A stretch of DNA of 64,000 nt from an uncultured Nitrospiraceae bacterium (GCA_963846575.1 CAWJWJ010000002.1:1024001-1088000), one strand, 5' to 3'; positions 20,574-31,125 are shown, numbered from the stretch's first letter. The notes: generated from the sequence alone by a model not told the origin. Program-made: numbers and translations.

Positions 20574-20912
20574 ATTGCTCCTCCTTGTTTCCTCTGCTGA
20601 CTGAATCATGTTTGCTCGTCTGAATCGATTGGCCCAGCTGTGTTCAACGATGTATTTAACGTCTGATGACGCCCAAAATTCATTCTGTGCTGGATTGACA
20701 GAGTCTGGTACTAGGGAATTCCCGCAGAGCGGTCTCCTGCTCGCAGCTCCCTCTGCCGTGAGAGTTCTACAAGCGCTCTAGAGAGATTGCCAGTTCACGC
20801 GCCTCCCATCAAAAACTTAAAGTTTGAATCAGTAGGGGACGGAACGACCGGCGATTGACGGTCGTTCTCAGTTAGGGGGATTCGGACCTATCACCCAGAA
20901 AGGAGGAATGAC

Positions 20913-21374
20913 GTGAACACAGTGAGACAGATTCTCCAACCCAGGGGAGCCGTGATTGCGTGCGTCGCGCTAGGGAGCCTCGTCGTGGCCGGCCAGGTGG
21001 AAATGACACAAGGCGAGGAGGGTACGCGCCTTGGTGCGATGCAGTCAGGAACTTCCGACTATGAGGTCAAGTCGAGAATTGAGAAACGCCTGCGGCTCGA
21101 AGACGATGTTCAATGGAACGATTTGTCGATCCAGGTGCATGACGGTCGCGCGGTTATCCAGGGCATCGTCAGCACAGTGGAAGGCAAGGCTTTGGCAACC
21201 AAACTGGCCTCGACGGTGCCGGGTGTCACGCAACTGGAGAACCGCATCATTGTCGATCCTCGGTTGTTGCGTCCGGATCCGGAGGGGATCACTCATTCGC
21301 ATATCGAGACGACGAGTCGCGATCGTGTGCTCGAAGCGGCTGAGCCTTTGAAAGACCAACAGATCATGCCTTGA
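20913..21374 (+). CDS. Exported single BON-domain protein
   Basis: SDYEVKSRI...I.VHDG..V.QG.V...A..LA..VPGV..LENRI; AAGGAGG RBS. Confidence 0.85.
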   Translation: MNTVRQILQPRGAVIACVALGSLVVAGQVEMTQGEEGTRLGAMQSGTSDYEVKSRIEKRLRLEDDVQWNDLSIQVHDGRAVIQGIVSTVEGKALATKLASTVPGVTQLENRIIVDPRLLRPDPEGITHSHIETTSRDRVLEAAEPLKDQQIMP

Positions 21375-21403
21375 TCGAAGATGTTTTGCAATGGAGTTAC
21401 GTT

Positions 21404-22834
21404 ATGCAATGGAGATTAGACTGTCGTCCATCCATCATCGTGGCGTTTGCCGGAATACTCCCCACCTGTCTAATGGATGCCGGCCTCGCCTCGGCGCAAG
21501 ACCTTCGCGACCGTGACATTAATTTTGCCGTGGAGCGAAGCCTGTTTGGCGACAACATGATTTCGCATGACAGCATTGACGTGTCCACGACACGGGGAAT
21601 CGTCACCCTCACCGGGACGGTTCCGACCCTTTTCGCCACCGAGCAGGCCGTTCGTCACGCTCAGTCGATCAAGGGGGTTCGTGCAGTGGTGAATAATATG
21701 GAAGTGCGCAGCAGGCAGCGGACGGATGGAGAAGTGGCCCAGGATGTCTCGAAGGCCCTGGTGGTCGATCCCGCCACAGACTCGTTTGACTTGACCGCGA
21801 CCGCCTCGAACGGAGTGGTGACGCTTAAGGGCACGGTCCACTCCTGGGCCGAGAAAGAATTGGCCCAATCGGTGATCAAGGGAGTCAAAGGAGTCAAGGG
21901 CATCCGGAACGATGTCCAGGTAAACCCGAGGATGGACCGGGCCGATGATGAGATCAAAGCCGATATTGAACAGCGGTTCAGCAGCGACGTGTATCTGGTA
22001 GACGACGTCTTGGAGGTGGAGGTGAAGGAGCGGGTCGTCGCGCTCAGCGGGACCGTTGGGAGTGCGCTGGAGAAGTCGCGTGCGGCGACGCAGGCTTATG
22101 TGCTCGGCGTGAAGTCGGTCGACGATGAAAAAGTGACCGTCGAGACGGGCCACCGCGCGCGCCGCACGCAATATCCGGACAGGACGGATGCACAAATCAA
22201 GCGTGCCGTCAAAGATGCGTTCCTCTATGACCCGCACGTCTGGTCTTTCGAGCCGGAAGTCAGGGTGCATCAGGGCAGCGTCATGCTCTCGGGCATCGTT
22301 GGCAATCTAAAAGCCAAAATGGCGGCAGAAGAAGATGCCAACAACACGGTCGGAGTCAGAGTCGTCAAAAACTATCTCAAGGTCAGACCTTCTGTGCAGT
22401 CTTCGGATGAGAGCCTGGCGGCCGATGTCCGGTCGGCTTTGGGGCGCGACCCTTTCGTCGATCGCGACCAGATCACGGCGAGTTTGCAAGATGGCACGGT
22501 CTGGCTCTATGGGAGCGTGGACTCCTATGCCGAGAAATGGCACGCAGAGGATGTGGTTTCCGGCGTGAAGGGCGTCACGGCAGTGAAGAATCATCTTGCC
22601 GTGCAAAACGATTGGACGTGGGCACGCGACTGGGAAATCCAGGCGGAGATCGAAGACGAATTGTGGTGGAGCCCGTTTGTCAATGAGGAGCAGGTGCGGG
22701 TTTCGGTGGTCGATGGTATTGCCACGTTGAAGGGCACCGTCGATAGCTGGTGGGAGCGAAAGATGGCCGCTGAGAATGCGTTCGAAGGCGGGGCCAAGAG
22801 CGTCCGGAACCATCTCGCGGTGGCTGCTAATTGA
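21404..22834 (+). CDS. Exported protein with six BON domains (OsmY-like)
   Basis: Six repeats of D..I...V....G.V.L.G.V...K..A...A..V.GV..V.N.L; signal peptide ending ASA. Confidence 0.92.
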   Translation: MQWRLDCRPSIIVAFAGILPTCLMDAGLASAQDLRDRDINFAVERSLFGDNMISHDSIDVSTTRGIVTLTGTVPTLFATEQAVRHAQSIKGVRAVVNNMEVRSRQRTDGEVAQDVSKALVVDPATDSFDLTATASNGVVTLKGTVHSWAEKELAQSVIKGVKGVKGIRNDVQVNPRMDRADDEIKADIEQRFSSDVYLVDDVLEVEVKERVVALSGTVGSALEKSRAATQAYVLGVKSVDDEKVTVETGHRARRTQYPDRTDAQIKRAVKDAFLYDPHVWSFEPEVRVHQGSVMLSGIVGNLKAKMAAEEDANNTVGVRVVKNYLKVRPSVQSSDESLAADVRSALGRDPFVDRDQITASLQDGTVWLYGSVDSYAEKWHAEDVVSGVKGVTAVKNHLAVQNDWTWARDWEIQAEIEDELWWSPFVNEEQVRVSVVDGIATLKGTVDSWWERKMAAENAFEGGAKSVRNHLAVAAN

Positions 22835-22954
22835 TACGTAGGGTGAACATTTCTCCGAGTGTGTGGATGGGCAGGGAATACATCCTATGCGGTAGGGCAC
22901 AGCCCTATTTCGACAATCGCAATACACACGCACTAGACAAAGGAGGGACAAGCC

Positions 22955-23830
22955 ATGAAATTAGTCAATGCCGGCACTCGATTCGGGGCAGGAGTCTTAC
23001 TGTTGTGCGGCAGCGCAGCGGTCAATATGGGAGACCTTTCGGCGGAAGCACAGGCCGCTCCATGGTTGGCGCCGGCTGCAGATGAACATGTGACGGCTCA
23101 GTGGGTGCAGGACGTGGCACAAGAGCTGAGCCGGGAGCGAAACCGGCAGGTTCTGATTAACACTCCGTCCGGACATCCGCAAGCGACGATTCTCGGGTAT
23201 TTGAATGATGCGGCGGACGCCCTGGAGGCGCATCAGGAACGGTCTGCCAAGGACCTGATTCGTCGGGCTCTTGGGGTCCTGGAAGAAGGCGTGGAATACG
23301 GATGGCTTTCCGACTCGGATATCAGACCGATCAAGCGCACTATCTTGTCCAGTTTTAACCGGGCCATGCGGGACGGTATGAAGGGCCAGGCGGACCAGGG
23401 TGATGACCCAGCAGCGAGCAGGACAGGAGAACGTTGGACCGGTTACACGCAAAACCGACCGTTAGGGTTGACCGAGCGTTTGGACGTCGACCGGCGCTCA
23501 CGACAAGGGGGCCAGCGGAGCCAAGCGTCATACGAGGGACGGTCTGACGACCGCGACCGACAGCGAGAAAACGACCGGAGTCGTGGCCGCGATCACCAAG
23601 CGCGAGGTGAGCGCGGCGGGACCTCCCGTTACTATACCGACGACTTCTATTATCCCGACGACGCCGCCAGGCCATCACGCCAAGGGGATGGCCGTCGAGA
23701 GGCCACCGATCCCAGAATCTCGCAGGACCGGGCCCAGCATCAACGAGGCCGGGATCGCTTCTACCAGGATGGCGAGCAGGCGAATGAGGGTCCCTATGAT
23801 GGCGAACGGCAGCGAGGAGACAGAGGATAA
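22955..23830 (+). CDS. Exported hypothetical protein with disordered R/D/G/Q-rich C-terminus
   Basis: AAGGAGG RBS; signal-like N-terminus; low-complexity hydrophilic tail. Confidence 0.7.
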   Translation: MKLVNAGTRFGAGVLLLCGSAAVNMGDLSAEAQAAPWLAPAADEHVTAQWVQDVAQELSRERNRQVLINTPSGHPQATILGYLNDAADALEAHQERSAKDLIRRALGVLEEGVEYGWLSDSDIRPIKRTILSSFNRAMRDGMKGQADQGDDPAASRTGERWTGYTQNRPLGLTERLDVDRRSRQGGQRSQASYEGRSDDRDRQRENDRSRGRDHQARGERGGTSRYYTDDFYYPDDAARPSRQGDGRREATDPRISQDRAQHQRGRDRFYQDGEQANEGPYDGERQRGDRG

Positions 23831-23858
23831 ACCATCCAATTGAGAGGAGGATTGTGAG

Positions 23859-24281
23859 ATGGAAGCACCACATACGTATGTACTGGGCCTCTCGGTGATG
23901 ACTCTGTGGCTTACCACTTCGGTGTTCGGGGGCCAGACGACAGCAGTCGCCGGCGGGCAGGAGCAGACGAAGAACATGTCCGCCATGACGACTCAGGAGA
24001 TCAAGCCGATGGTGAGCGAAGCTATTACCCATGCGAAGAAGGCCGTTGATGCCGGACAGCAAGGCGATGCCATGGCCCTTGTCAGCCATGCGGAAAAGGC
24101 GATGGCGAAAGCAAAACAGGCTCAGTCGGCCGGGCTCAATGAATATCTCAATGAAGGCGCGTATGAGTTGGGGGAGGCCATCGAACATGGGCAGAAGCAG
24201 GAGACGAAGGATGCCACTGAGCATATGAGGCATGCCATCATGCGACTGTCGCAGGCGGCTGACATCCAGATGCCCAACTAG
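23859..24281 (+). CDS. Small metal-binding protein SmbP-like, exported
   Basis: EAITHAK.A..AG..G.A.ALV.HAE.A...L.EAIEHG...A.EH..AI four-helix pattern; AGGAGG RBS. Confidence 0.75.
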   Translation: MEAPHTYVLGLSVMTLWLTTSVFGGQTTAVAGGQEQTKNMSAMTTQEIKPMVSEAITHAKKAVDAGQQGDAMALVSHAEKAMAKAKQAQSAGLNEYLNEGAYELGEAIEHGQKQETKDATEHMRHAIMRLSQAADIQMPN

Positions 24282-24371
24282 CGTTGCCGATGGCTATCGG
24301 CCTGACCGGTGCGGACACCTGATGCGCACCTTAATAGAACCGACAATGTCAGGCCCAGAAAGCAGGCCGGT

Positions 24372-24399
24372 CGGGGGCACGTCGAAAGACGTGTCCCCC
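24372..24399 (+). terminator. GC-rich hairpin with GAAA loop downstream of the SmbP-like gene
   Basis: GGGGGCACGTC-GAAA-GACGTGTCCCC; no immediate U-tract. Confidence 0.4.
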
Positions 24400-24775
24400 G
24401 CCGCTATTCACCCCGTTTTCCTCATCACTGGAACCCTCACATCGCTATGGTCGGATCAGAGTCACCGGATAGTCCCGCCAGGGACTGAGGGGTTCATCTA
24501 GTCGGCTGGGGCACAGGGTTATACAGTAAGCCTGAACGATGCAGGTTATTCCTGGTGTGTTCCTTTTTCACGCGTGAGTTCATGAGCCTCCGGCGGCGGG
24601 TTTCCGTTTGCGGCCCTCGTCGAGGCGTGTTACTGTTCGACCGGCCCGGCGTGAGCGCCGGGAGAACGCGGACTGAAAGGGCCGGCTGGCCTGATCGACC
24701 TGAAGCGATAACGTGCGAGGGCCTGTCTGGCCTCCTGTCTCAGGGGCGTCGGGACCGAAGAGAGGGATGGTAAAC

Positions 24776-24988
24776 ATGGCACGTCGGCCGACTATTGTTT
24801 ATTGGTCATGGGTATTTCTGGCCCTGGCGGTTGTGGCCGGCGTCCTGGCTTTGTCCGGGGTGGCCGGTGCCACAGGATTTTCCTACGTGTTGTTCATCCT
24901 GTTCTTTGTGGCATATCTTGTGAGTTTCTTTGTGGGACGTAGACCGCCACCGATAGCCTGTCTCTTGTTTCTCCTGGGCATTGCCTGA
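24776..24988 (+). CDS. DUF1328/UPF0391 family small membrane protein (possibly degenerate)
   Basis: YW..VFL.LAVVAGVL.L.GVAG...LF.LF...LVSF..GRR pattern. Confidence 0.65.
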   Translation: MARRPTIVYWSWVFLALAVVAGVLALSGVAGATGFSYVLFILFFVAYLVSFFVGRRPPPIACLLFLLGIA

Positions 24989-25255
24989 GCCGGTACGCCA
25001 CGGCTTCGTCAAGCTGGGTGAGGCGAACTGAAGTTTTCAAAACGCGTCATGACCTGGCGCCTTCCTGCATGGGCGCGCCGCAACGCGGACTAGGTTTCTC
25101 CATTCAGACTCCGGTATAATCCACAATTCGCTTTGTTTCCCTAGCCTGGGCCCGCGCTCAGTTCCCGACGGTCAACTCATGACCGGATGGTGCGTTGTCT
25201 TCCCCGGCGGAGACGAGTGACGCCTCACGAGGCCTGCTTCCATAAGGAGTTTGGA

Positions 25256-26368
25256 ATGACTGAAAAAGACGAGAAAAAGCGCGCGCTGGACCTGGCTTTG
25301 GCTCAAATCGAGAAGCAGTACGGCAAGGGCGCGGTGATGAAATTGGGGTCCGAAGATCGCGCGGCCGATGTCCCTGCGATTTCAAGCGGCTCGCTGGGTC
25401 TGGACATCGCACTGGGGGTGGGTGGATTTCCTCGCGGCCGCGTCCTCGAGATCTTCGGTCCGGAATCGTCGGGGAAGACAACCCTGACGCTGCATGCCAT
25501 CGCGGAGGCCCAAAAGGCTGGCGGAGTGGCGGCTTTTATCGATGCCGAACATGCGCTGGATCTGACCTATGCGAAGAAGCTGGGCGTGCAGACGGACGAT
25601 CTGCTTGTGTCCCAGCCGGATACCGGAGAGCAGGCATTGGAAATCGCTGAAACACTGGTCCGCAGCGGCGCGATCGACGTCATTGTCGTCGACTCCGTGG
25701 CGGCTCTGGTCCCGCGTGCGGAGATCGAAGGCGAGATGGGTGACGCCCATATGGGACTTCAGGCGCGGCTGATGTCGCAGGCGCTTCGCAAATTGACGGC
25801 GGCCATTTCCAAGTCCCAGACGACCCTGATTTTCATCAATCAGATCAGGATGAAGATCGGCGTGATGTTCGGCAATCCGGAAACGACGACGGGCGGCAAT
25901 GCATTGAAATTCTATTCGTCCGTGCGGTTGGACATCCGTCGTATCGAATCGATTAAGGATGGACAGGATGTGACGGGCAGTCGCGTCCGGGTCAAGGTGG
26001 TCAAGAACAAGATGGCGCCGCCGTTCAAACAGGCGGAATTCGACATTATGTTTGCGGAAGGCATTTCTAAAGCCGGTGAGTTGGTGGATATGGGCGTCGA
26101 CAAACGCGTGGTGGAAAAGGCCGGCGCCTGGTATTCCTACAAAGGCGAGAGACTGGGCCAGGGGCGCGAAGCGGTTCGCGATTTTCTGAAGACCAACCCT
26201 GCGATTGCGAAGGAGATCGAGGGGAAAGTTCGCGACCTGGCCGGACTGCCATCCCGAGCAACCGAGAAAAAGGGCGACGTGAAGGAAGCCAAGGACGAGA
26301 AGCCCGAACGGAAGCCGGAAGGACGCCAGGAAGAAAAACGCAGCCACGGTGCCAGAGTCACGAGCTAG
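25256..26368 (+). CDS. recA: Recombinase RecA
   Basis: [52 protein letters not shown]. Confidence 0.99.
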   Translation: MTEKDEKKRALDLALAQIEKQYGKGAVMKLGSEDRAADVPAISSGSLGLDIALGVGGFPRGRVLEIFGPESSGKTTLTLHAIAEAQKAGGVAAFIDAEHALDLTYAKKLGVQTDDLLVSQPDTGEQALEIAETLVRSGAIDVIVVDSVAALVPRAEIEGEMGDAHMGLQARLMSQALRKLTAAISKSQTTLIFINQIRMKIGVMFGNPETTTGGNALKFYSSVRLDIRRIESIKDGQDVTGSRVRVKVVKNKMAPPFKQAEFDIMFAEGISKAGELVDMGVDKRVVEKAGAWYSYKGERLGQGREAVRDFLKTNPAIAKEIEGKVRDLAGLPSRATEKKGDVKEAKDEKPERKPEGRQEEKRSHGARVTS

Positions 26369-26377
26369 GTGGCGGCC

Positions 26378-26863
26378 ATGCCGACAAGAAACGGTGTCAG
26401 ACGGCCGGCGGCGGCGATGCCGGACCATCTCGATCTGGCGTTACGCTATCTGGCGCGCACCGACAGGACTGCGGCGCAGGTCGAGCGATATTTGGAGGAC
26501 AAGGGCGCCAGCCGTTCGCAGGTTCGTGTGGTGATCCGGGAGTTGGAGCGGCGTGGTTACCTGAACGATCAGGCTTTTGCGACGCGGTGGGCGGAAGCGA
26601 GGCTGTTGCGGCGTCCGATGGGACGTGAACGGCTCAAAGCGGAATTGCTGATGCGGGGATTCGAAGCCAGTGTCACAGAGCGCGCGTTGGGGAAAGCCTT
26701 CCAGTCGATCTCCGAGCAGGAGTTGGCCTGTCAGGCACTCGAAGGACGCGTCCGTCGCACGCGTCCGCTTCAGTGGGTGCGTTTTCTGCGGCAGCGCGGG
26801 TTTGATGACGATACGATTCAACAAGTCACGCAGGTGAATCTGGAGACGGGGTTGGACGCATGA
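26378..26863 (+). CDS. recX: RecA regulator RecX
   Basis: ALRYLA..DR, GYLND..FA, L..RGF; directly after recA; start uncertain. Confidence 0.88.
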   Translation: MPTRNGVRRPAAAMPDHLDLALRYLARTDRTAAQVERYLEDKGASRSQVRVVIRELERRGYLNDQAFATRWAEARLLRRPMGRERLKAELLMRGFEASVTERALGKAFQSISEQELACQALEGRVRRTRPLQWVRFLRQRGFDDDTIQQVTQVNLETGLDA

Positions 26864-29493
26864 AGAGCCAGAATGTGAACGATCTGCGGCGAGCCTTCAT
26901 TCAGTATTTTGAACAGCAAGGGCATCGGGCCGTGCCGAGCGCGCCACTCATCCCTCAAGCCGATCCGACGCTGCTCTTCACCAATGCGGGGATGAACCAG
27001 TTCAAGCGCGTATTTCTCGGTGAGGAGACGCGGACCTACAACCGCGCGGTGACGGTACAGAAGTGCCTGCGGGCCGGCGGCAAGCATAACGATCTGGAAA
27101 ATGTGGGGTACACGAGGCGGCACCACACCTTTTTCGAAATGCTCGGCAACTTCTCTTTCGGAGACTATTTCAAAGAGGACGCTATCCGGTTCGGGTGGGA
27201 GTTCCTGACTTCCGTCGTCGGCCTGACGAAAGACCGGATGTGGGTCACCATTTTCCGCGAGGACGACGAGGCCGATCGCCTGTGGAGAAAAATCGGGGTG
27301 TCACCGAATCGGATCGTGCGTTGCGGCGAGAAGGATAATTTTTGGCAGATGGCCGACACCGGGCCCTGCGGTCCCTGTTCGGAGCTTCATTTCGATCAAG
27401 GCCCGGCCGTGCCGGGTGACGCGACCCCCAATGGAGAAGGAGACCGGGTCATCGAAATCTGGAATCTGGTCTTCATGCAGTTCAATCGTGACAGCGCGGG
27501 AACCCTGAATCCATTGCCCAAACCCAGTATCGACACCGGCATGGGATTGGAACGGTTGGCGGCGGTGGCACAGGGCAAACTCAGCAACTACGACAGCGAT
27601 TTATTCGCACCCCTCCTCGCGGCGATCGGGACCAGAGCCGATGGCCGATATGGCCTGAAGGACACAGCGGACCGCTCCATGCGGGTCATCGCGGACCACC
27701 TGCGGGCCATCACCTTCCTCATGGCCGATGGAGTGCTGCCCTCTAACGAAGGACGGGGCTATGTGCTGCGCCGCATTCTTCGTCGTGCGGCCAGGCACGG
27801 CCGCCTGCTGGGCATTACAGAGCCCTTTCTACATGGTCTGACGGCGAGCGTCGTGGATCAAATGGGGGAGGCCTATCACGAGCTGCGGGCCGCGGCCGGC
27901 ACAGTGGCCGAGGCGACTCGCGGCGAAGAGGAGCGGTTTATCGCAACGCTCGACCAGGGACTGCCGATTCTGAACGATATGCTGGCGAAGGTGCGAGCGG
28001 CGGGGCACCAGACGCTTCCGGGAACGGATATCTTTAAATTGTACGATACGTACGGCTTTCCGATGGACCTGATTGCGGAAGCCTGTCGTGAGCAGGACAT
28101 CCGGCTTGACGAGACCGGCTTTGACGCGGCGATCGAAGAGCAGCGGACGCGCGCTAGGAAGACCGGCGGTTTCGAGACGGAAGCCGCCCGTCCGGCGTTG
28201 CGTGATCTTGCCACTCGCGTGGGGACGACGGCATTCGTCGGGTACGACCAGCTGAATTCAGAAGGGGTCGTGCAGGCCCTGCTCAAGGGCGAGCAGCTCG
28301 TCAAGGAAGCTCGCGAGGGTGATGAGATTGAAGTGGTGCTCGACGTGACGCCCTTCTATGCGGAGGGCGGCGGGCAAGCCGGTGATCAAGGTCTCCTGAC
28401 CGGCACCGACGGAACTGTGGAGATACGTGAGACCACAAGGCCTGTTCCGACCTTGATCGTCCATAAGGGCGTCGTCCGATCCGGCTCGGTTCGTGAGGGA
28501 GAGCGGCTACAACTATCTGTGAATCGTCGGACCAGGCAGGATGCGGCCCGGAACCATACGGCCACCCATCTGGTCCATGCGGCGCTTCGCGATCTGCTGG
28601 GGCCGCATGTCAAGCAGTACGGCTCGCTGGTGGCGCCCAATCGTTTGCGATTCGACTTTGCCCATTTCCGGCCGCTCGGATCACGCGACATTGATGAAAT
28701 CGAGTCCCTGGTGAACGAGCAGGTGCGTTACGACCAGTCCGTGCAGACAGACGTAATGGGAGTGCAGGAGGCTGTAGCTGGCGGAGCCCTCGCCTTTTTT
28801 GGCGACAAATATGGCGATCAGGTTCGTGTTGTCCACATCGATTCGTTCAGCAAAGAGTTATGCGGCGGGACGCATTGCCGTCGCACCGGAGAAATCGGTC
28901 TGTTCCGGATCGTATCGGAAGCGGGAGTGGCTGCCGGTGTCCGCCGGATTGAATGTCTGACGGGTAGCGGCGCATCCGACTCGGTCAAACGTCTGGAGGC
29001 CGATGTCCGCGAACTCTCCGATCTGCTGAAGGTGGCTCCGTCGGAGGTTGTGTCACGTGCGCGCAAACTGACCGAGCAGTTGAGGGAGAAGGAACGCGAG
29101 CTGGCCGAGGTGAAGCTGAAAATGGCGAGTTCCTCGTCAGGTGACGCGCAGGTTCGTGAGATCAACGGGGTGCAGGTCCACGCGCAGCGCACGGACGGTC
29201 TTGATGTCAATGGCATGCGAGCCCTGGCGGATCAACTGCGTGATAAGCTTCGTAGCGGCGTCGTCGCACTGGGCGCAGCGAATGATGGCAAAGTGTCGTT
29301 ACTCGTGGTGGTGACCAAAGATCTTGTCGGTCGTCTCAAGGCTGGTGACCTTATCAAGGAGATGGCCACCGACGTCGGTGGAACCGGAGGCGGACGCCCG
29401 GAAATGGCGCAGGCCGGCGGGAAAAATCCTGAAGGGCTCAGTATCGCGTTGGAAAAGGTTTTTGGACTGGTTCAGAAGGCCTTGGAGCGGTAA
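26860..29493 (+). CDS. alaS: Alanine--tRNA ligase
   Basis: DPTLLFTNAGMNQFK, RHHTFFEMLGNFSFGDYFK, HTATHL, ELCGGTH, GGGRP.MAQAGG. Confidence 0.99.
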   Translation: MKSQNVNDLRRAFIQYFEQQGHRAVPSAPLIPQADPTLLFTNAGMNQFKRVFLGEETRTYNRAVTVQKCLRAGGKHNDLENVGYTRRHHTFFEMLGNFSFGDYFKEDAIRFGWEFLTSVVGLTKDRMWVTIFREDDEADRLWRKIGVSPNRIVRCGEKDNFWQMADTGPCGPCSELHFDQGPAVPGDATPNGEGDRVIEIWNLVFMQFNRDSAGTLNPLPKPSIDTGMGLERLAAVAQGKLSNYDSDLFAPLLAAIGTRADGRYGLKDTADRSMRVIADHLRAITFLMADGVLPSNEGRGYVLRRILRRAARHGRLLGITEPFLHGLTASVVDQMGEAYHELRAAAGTVAEATRGEEERFIATLDQGLPILNDMLAKVRAAGHQTLPGTDIFKLYDTYGFPMDLIAEACREQDIRLDETGFDAAIEEQRTRARKTGGFETEAARPALRDLATRVGTTAFVGYDQLNSEGVVQALLKGEQLVKEAREGDEIEVVLDVTPFYAEGGGQAGDQGLLTGTDGTVEIRETTRPVPTLIVHKGVVRSGSVREGERLQLSVNRRTRQDAARNHTATHLVHAALRDLLGPHVKQYGSLVAPNRLRFDFAHFRPLGSRDIDEIESLVNEQVRYDQSVQTDVMGVQEAVAGGALAFFGDKYGDQVRVVHIDSFSKELCGGTHCRRTGEIGLFRIVSEAGVAAGVRRIECLTGSGASDSVKRLEADVRELSDLLKVAPSEVVSRARKLTEQLREKERELAEVKLKMASSSSGDAQVREINGVQVHAQRTDGLDVNGMRALADQLRDKLRSGVVALGAANDGKVSLLVVVTKDLVGRLKAGDLIKEMATDVGGTGGGRPEMAQAGGKNPEGLSIALEKVFGLVQKALER

Positions 29494-29497
29494 ACTG

Positions 29498-30100
29498 ATG
29501 AAAGTCCCGCGCATTCTTGCCATTGACCATGGCTCCAAGCGGATCGGGTTTGCACTCAGCGATGAATTGGGGTGGACGGCTCAGCCGCTGGAAACTTTTC
29601 ACCGGCGTAATCCGGATGCCGATATCCGGCATATTCAGGACTTGGTACGTGAGCACGAGGTGGGGCAGGTTCTTGTTGGAATGCCGTTTCGGCTTGATGG
29701 CGAGGTCGGGCCCGCCGCCAAGGTTGTCGAAGCCTTTATCCAGGTGCTGGAATCGGCCCTCCCGGTCCCGGTAATCGCCTGGGATGAGCGAATGACGACC
29801 TGTGCGGCAGAGGATCTGCTGATCGCAGCGGATGTCGGTCGTCGGAAGCGGAAGGGCATCGTCGACCGGATTGCCGCGGCGATTCTCCTACAAAGTTATC
29901 TGGCTAGCCTGGAAGTTCCGGTGACGGCAGTCCCGGGTGATGGTCCGAGCGAGCCAGATAGTTTCGATCCATGGTCTCTGAACGAAGAACAAGTCAATGA
30001 GGCAGATGACATCGACCCAAAGACTGATCCTGCTGGCAGTGATTCTAGTCTCCCTCGCAGGGTTTCAAATCCTCCGGTGGGCTCAAAGCCCCGTCTCTAA
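29498..30100 (+). CDS. ruvX: YqgF/RuvX pre-16S rRNA nuclease with C-terminal extension
   Basis: ILAIDHG.KRIG.A.SD, VG.P, WDERMTT, D.IAA..LLQ.YL. Confidence 0.93.
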   Translation: MKVPRILAIDHGSKRIGFALSDELGWTAQPLETFHRRNPDADIRHIQDLVREHEVGQVLVGMPFRLDGEVGPAAKVVEAFIQVLESALPVPVIAWDERMTTCAAEDLLIAADVGRRKRKGIVDRIAAAILLQSYLASLEVPVTAVPGDGPSEPDSFDPWSLNEEQVNEADDIDPKTDPAGSDSSLPRRVSNPPVGSKPRL

Positions 30101-31067
30101 GGCCTCACCCAAGCCGCCGTCTCAGATTGTCGTCATTGCTGAAGGCAGCACTTACCAGCAGGTTGCGTCTTTGCTCAAGCGCGAGAATCTGATTCGCAGC
30201 CGTTGGGCATTCCTCTTATATGGCAAAACGCGAGAGGTCGATCGAAGAATACGCCCCGGGGAGTATGAGCTGAGCCCGAGTATGACGCCGAAGGAGATCC
30301 TCGCCAGGCTCCTAGCCGGTCGGGTCATTCTGCACCCCGTGACCATTCCTGAAGGGTTTACCCTGATGCAGATCGCCGAGGTTTTGGCGGCGCAGAATGC
30401 TACGGACGCGAAGGAATTCTCAAAACTGGTTCGTGATCGTTCCTTTATCGCGAGCCTCGGCATCGAAGCCGATTCGTTGGAGGGATATCTGTTTCCCGAA
30501 ACGTATTCTTTTGCGCAAGGAACCAAGGCCAAGGACGTCATCAAGGCAATGACGGACGGTCTGTACCGTGTGTGGGGGAGCGATCTGCAAGCTCAAGCAG
30601 CTCGTATGAATCTGTCCTTGCACGAGGCGTTGACGCTGGCGTCGGTGATCGAAAAAGAAACCGCGGTGAATGAGGAGCGCGAGCTCATCGCGGCGGTCTT
30701 CCACAACCGGTTGCGAAAGAAGATTCCTCTTCAGAGCGACCCGACGGTCATTTATGGCTTGCCTTCATTTGACGGAAACATTCATAAGCGCGATCTCTCC
30801 AGCCTCAGTCCTTACAACACCTACCGGGTGCAGGGTCTCCCCCCCGGACCGATCGGAAGCCCCGGTGCCCGGTCGCTGCGTGCGGCGCTCTTTCCTGCCG
30901 AAGCCCCGTACCTGTATTTCGTGTCACGTAACGACGGCACCCATCACTTTTCCTCCACCCTGGCCGAACATAACCAAGCCGTGGAAAAGTATCAAAAACA
31001 GCCGTTCCGCAAGCGAGCGAAGGGGAATCTTGTGGCTCACGCGCCTGAGCGTGTAGACAGACTCTGA
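29997..31067 (+). CDS. mltG: Endolytic transglycosylase MltG (YceG)
   Basis: N-terminal TM; TIPEG, LEGYLFPETY, LASVIEKE, LQSDPT, SPYNTY..GLPPGPI. Confidence 0.95.
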   Translation: MRQMTSTQRLILLAVILVSLAGFQILRWAQSPVSKASPKPPSQIVVIAEGSTYQQVASLLKRENLIRSRWAFLLYGKTREVDRRIRPGEYELSPSMTPKEILARLLAGRVILHPVTIPEGFTLMQIAEVLAAQNATDAKEFSKLVRDRSFIASLGIEADSLEGYLFPETYSFAQGTKAKDVIKAMTDGLYRVWGSDLQAQAARMNLSLHEALTLASVIEKETAVNEERELIAAVFHNRLRKKIPLQSDPTVIYGLPSFDGNIHKRDLSSLSPYNTYRVQGLPPGPIGSPGARSLRAALFPAEAPYLYFVSRNDGTHHFSSTLAEHNQAVEKYQKQPFRKRAKGNLVAHAPERVDRL

Positions 31068-31125
31068 GCGGCGGCCGGTGAGTATCTGACCATTCCAGAC
31101 GACCATATCTGAAAGGGAGAGTCCT

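Noticed and set aside
16650..25050. Calling the stress block a mobile element
   Set aside because: No integrase, transposase, tRNA target or exact terminal repeats.
25020..25255. LexA (SOS) box upstream of recA
   Set aside because: A TATAAT is present at 25115-25120, but no CTGT-N8-ACAG or GAAC-N4-GTTC box was recognised.
25382..26428. 348-aa minus-strand ORF, and similar shadow ORFs over dnaJ, deoB, cheV, panE and MATE
   Set aside because: Antisense to well-conserved genes; composition typical of non-coding frames.
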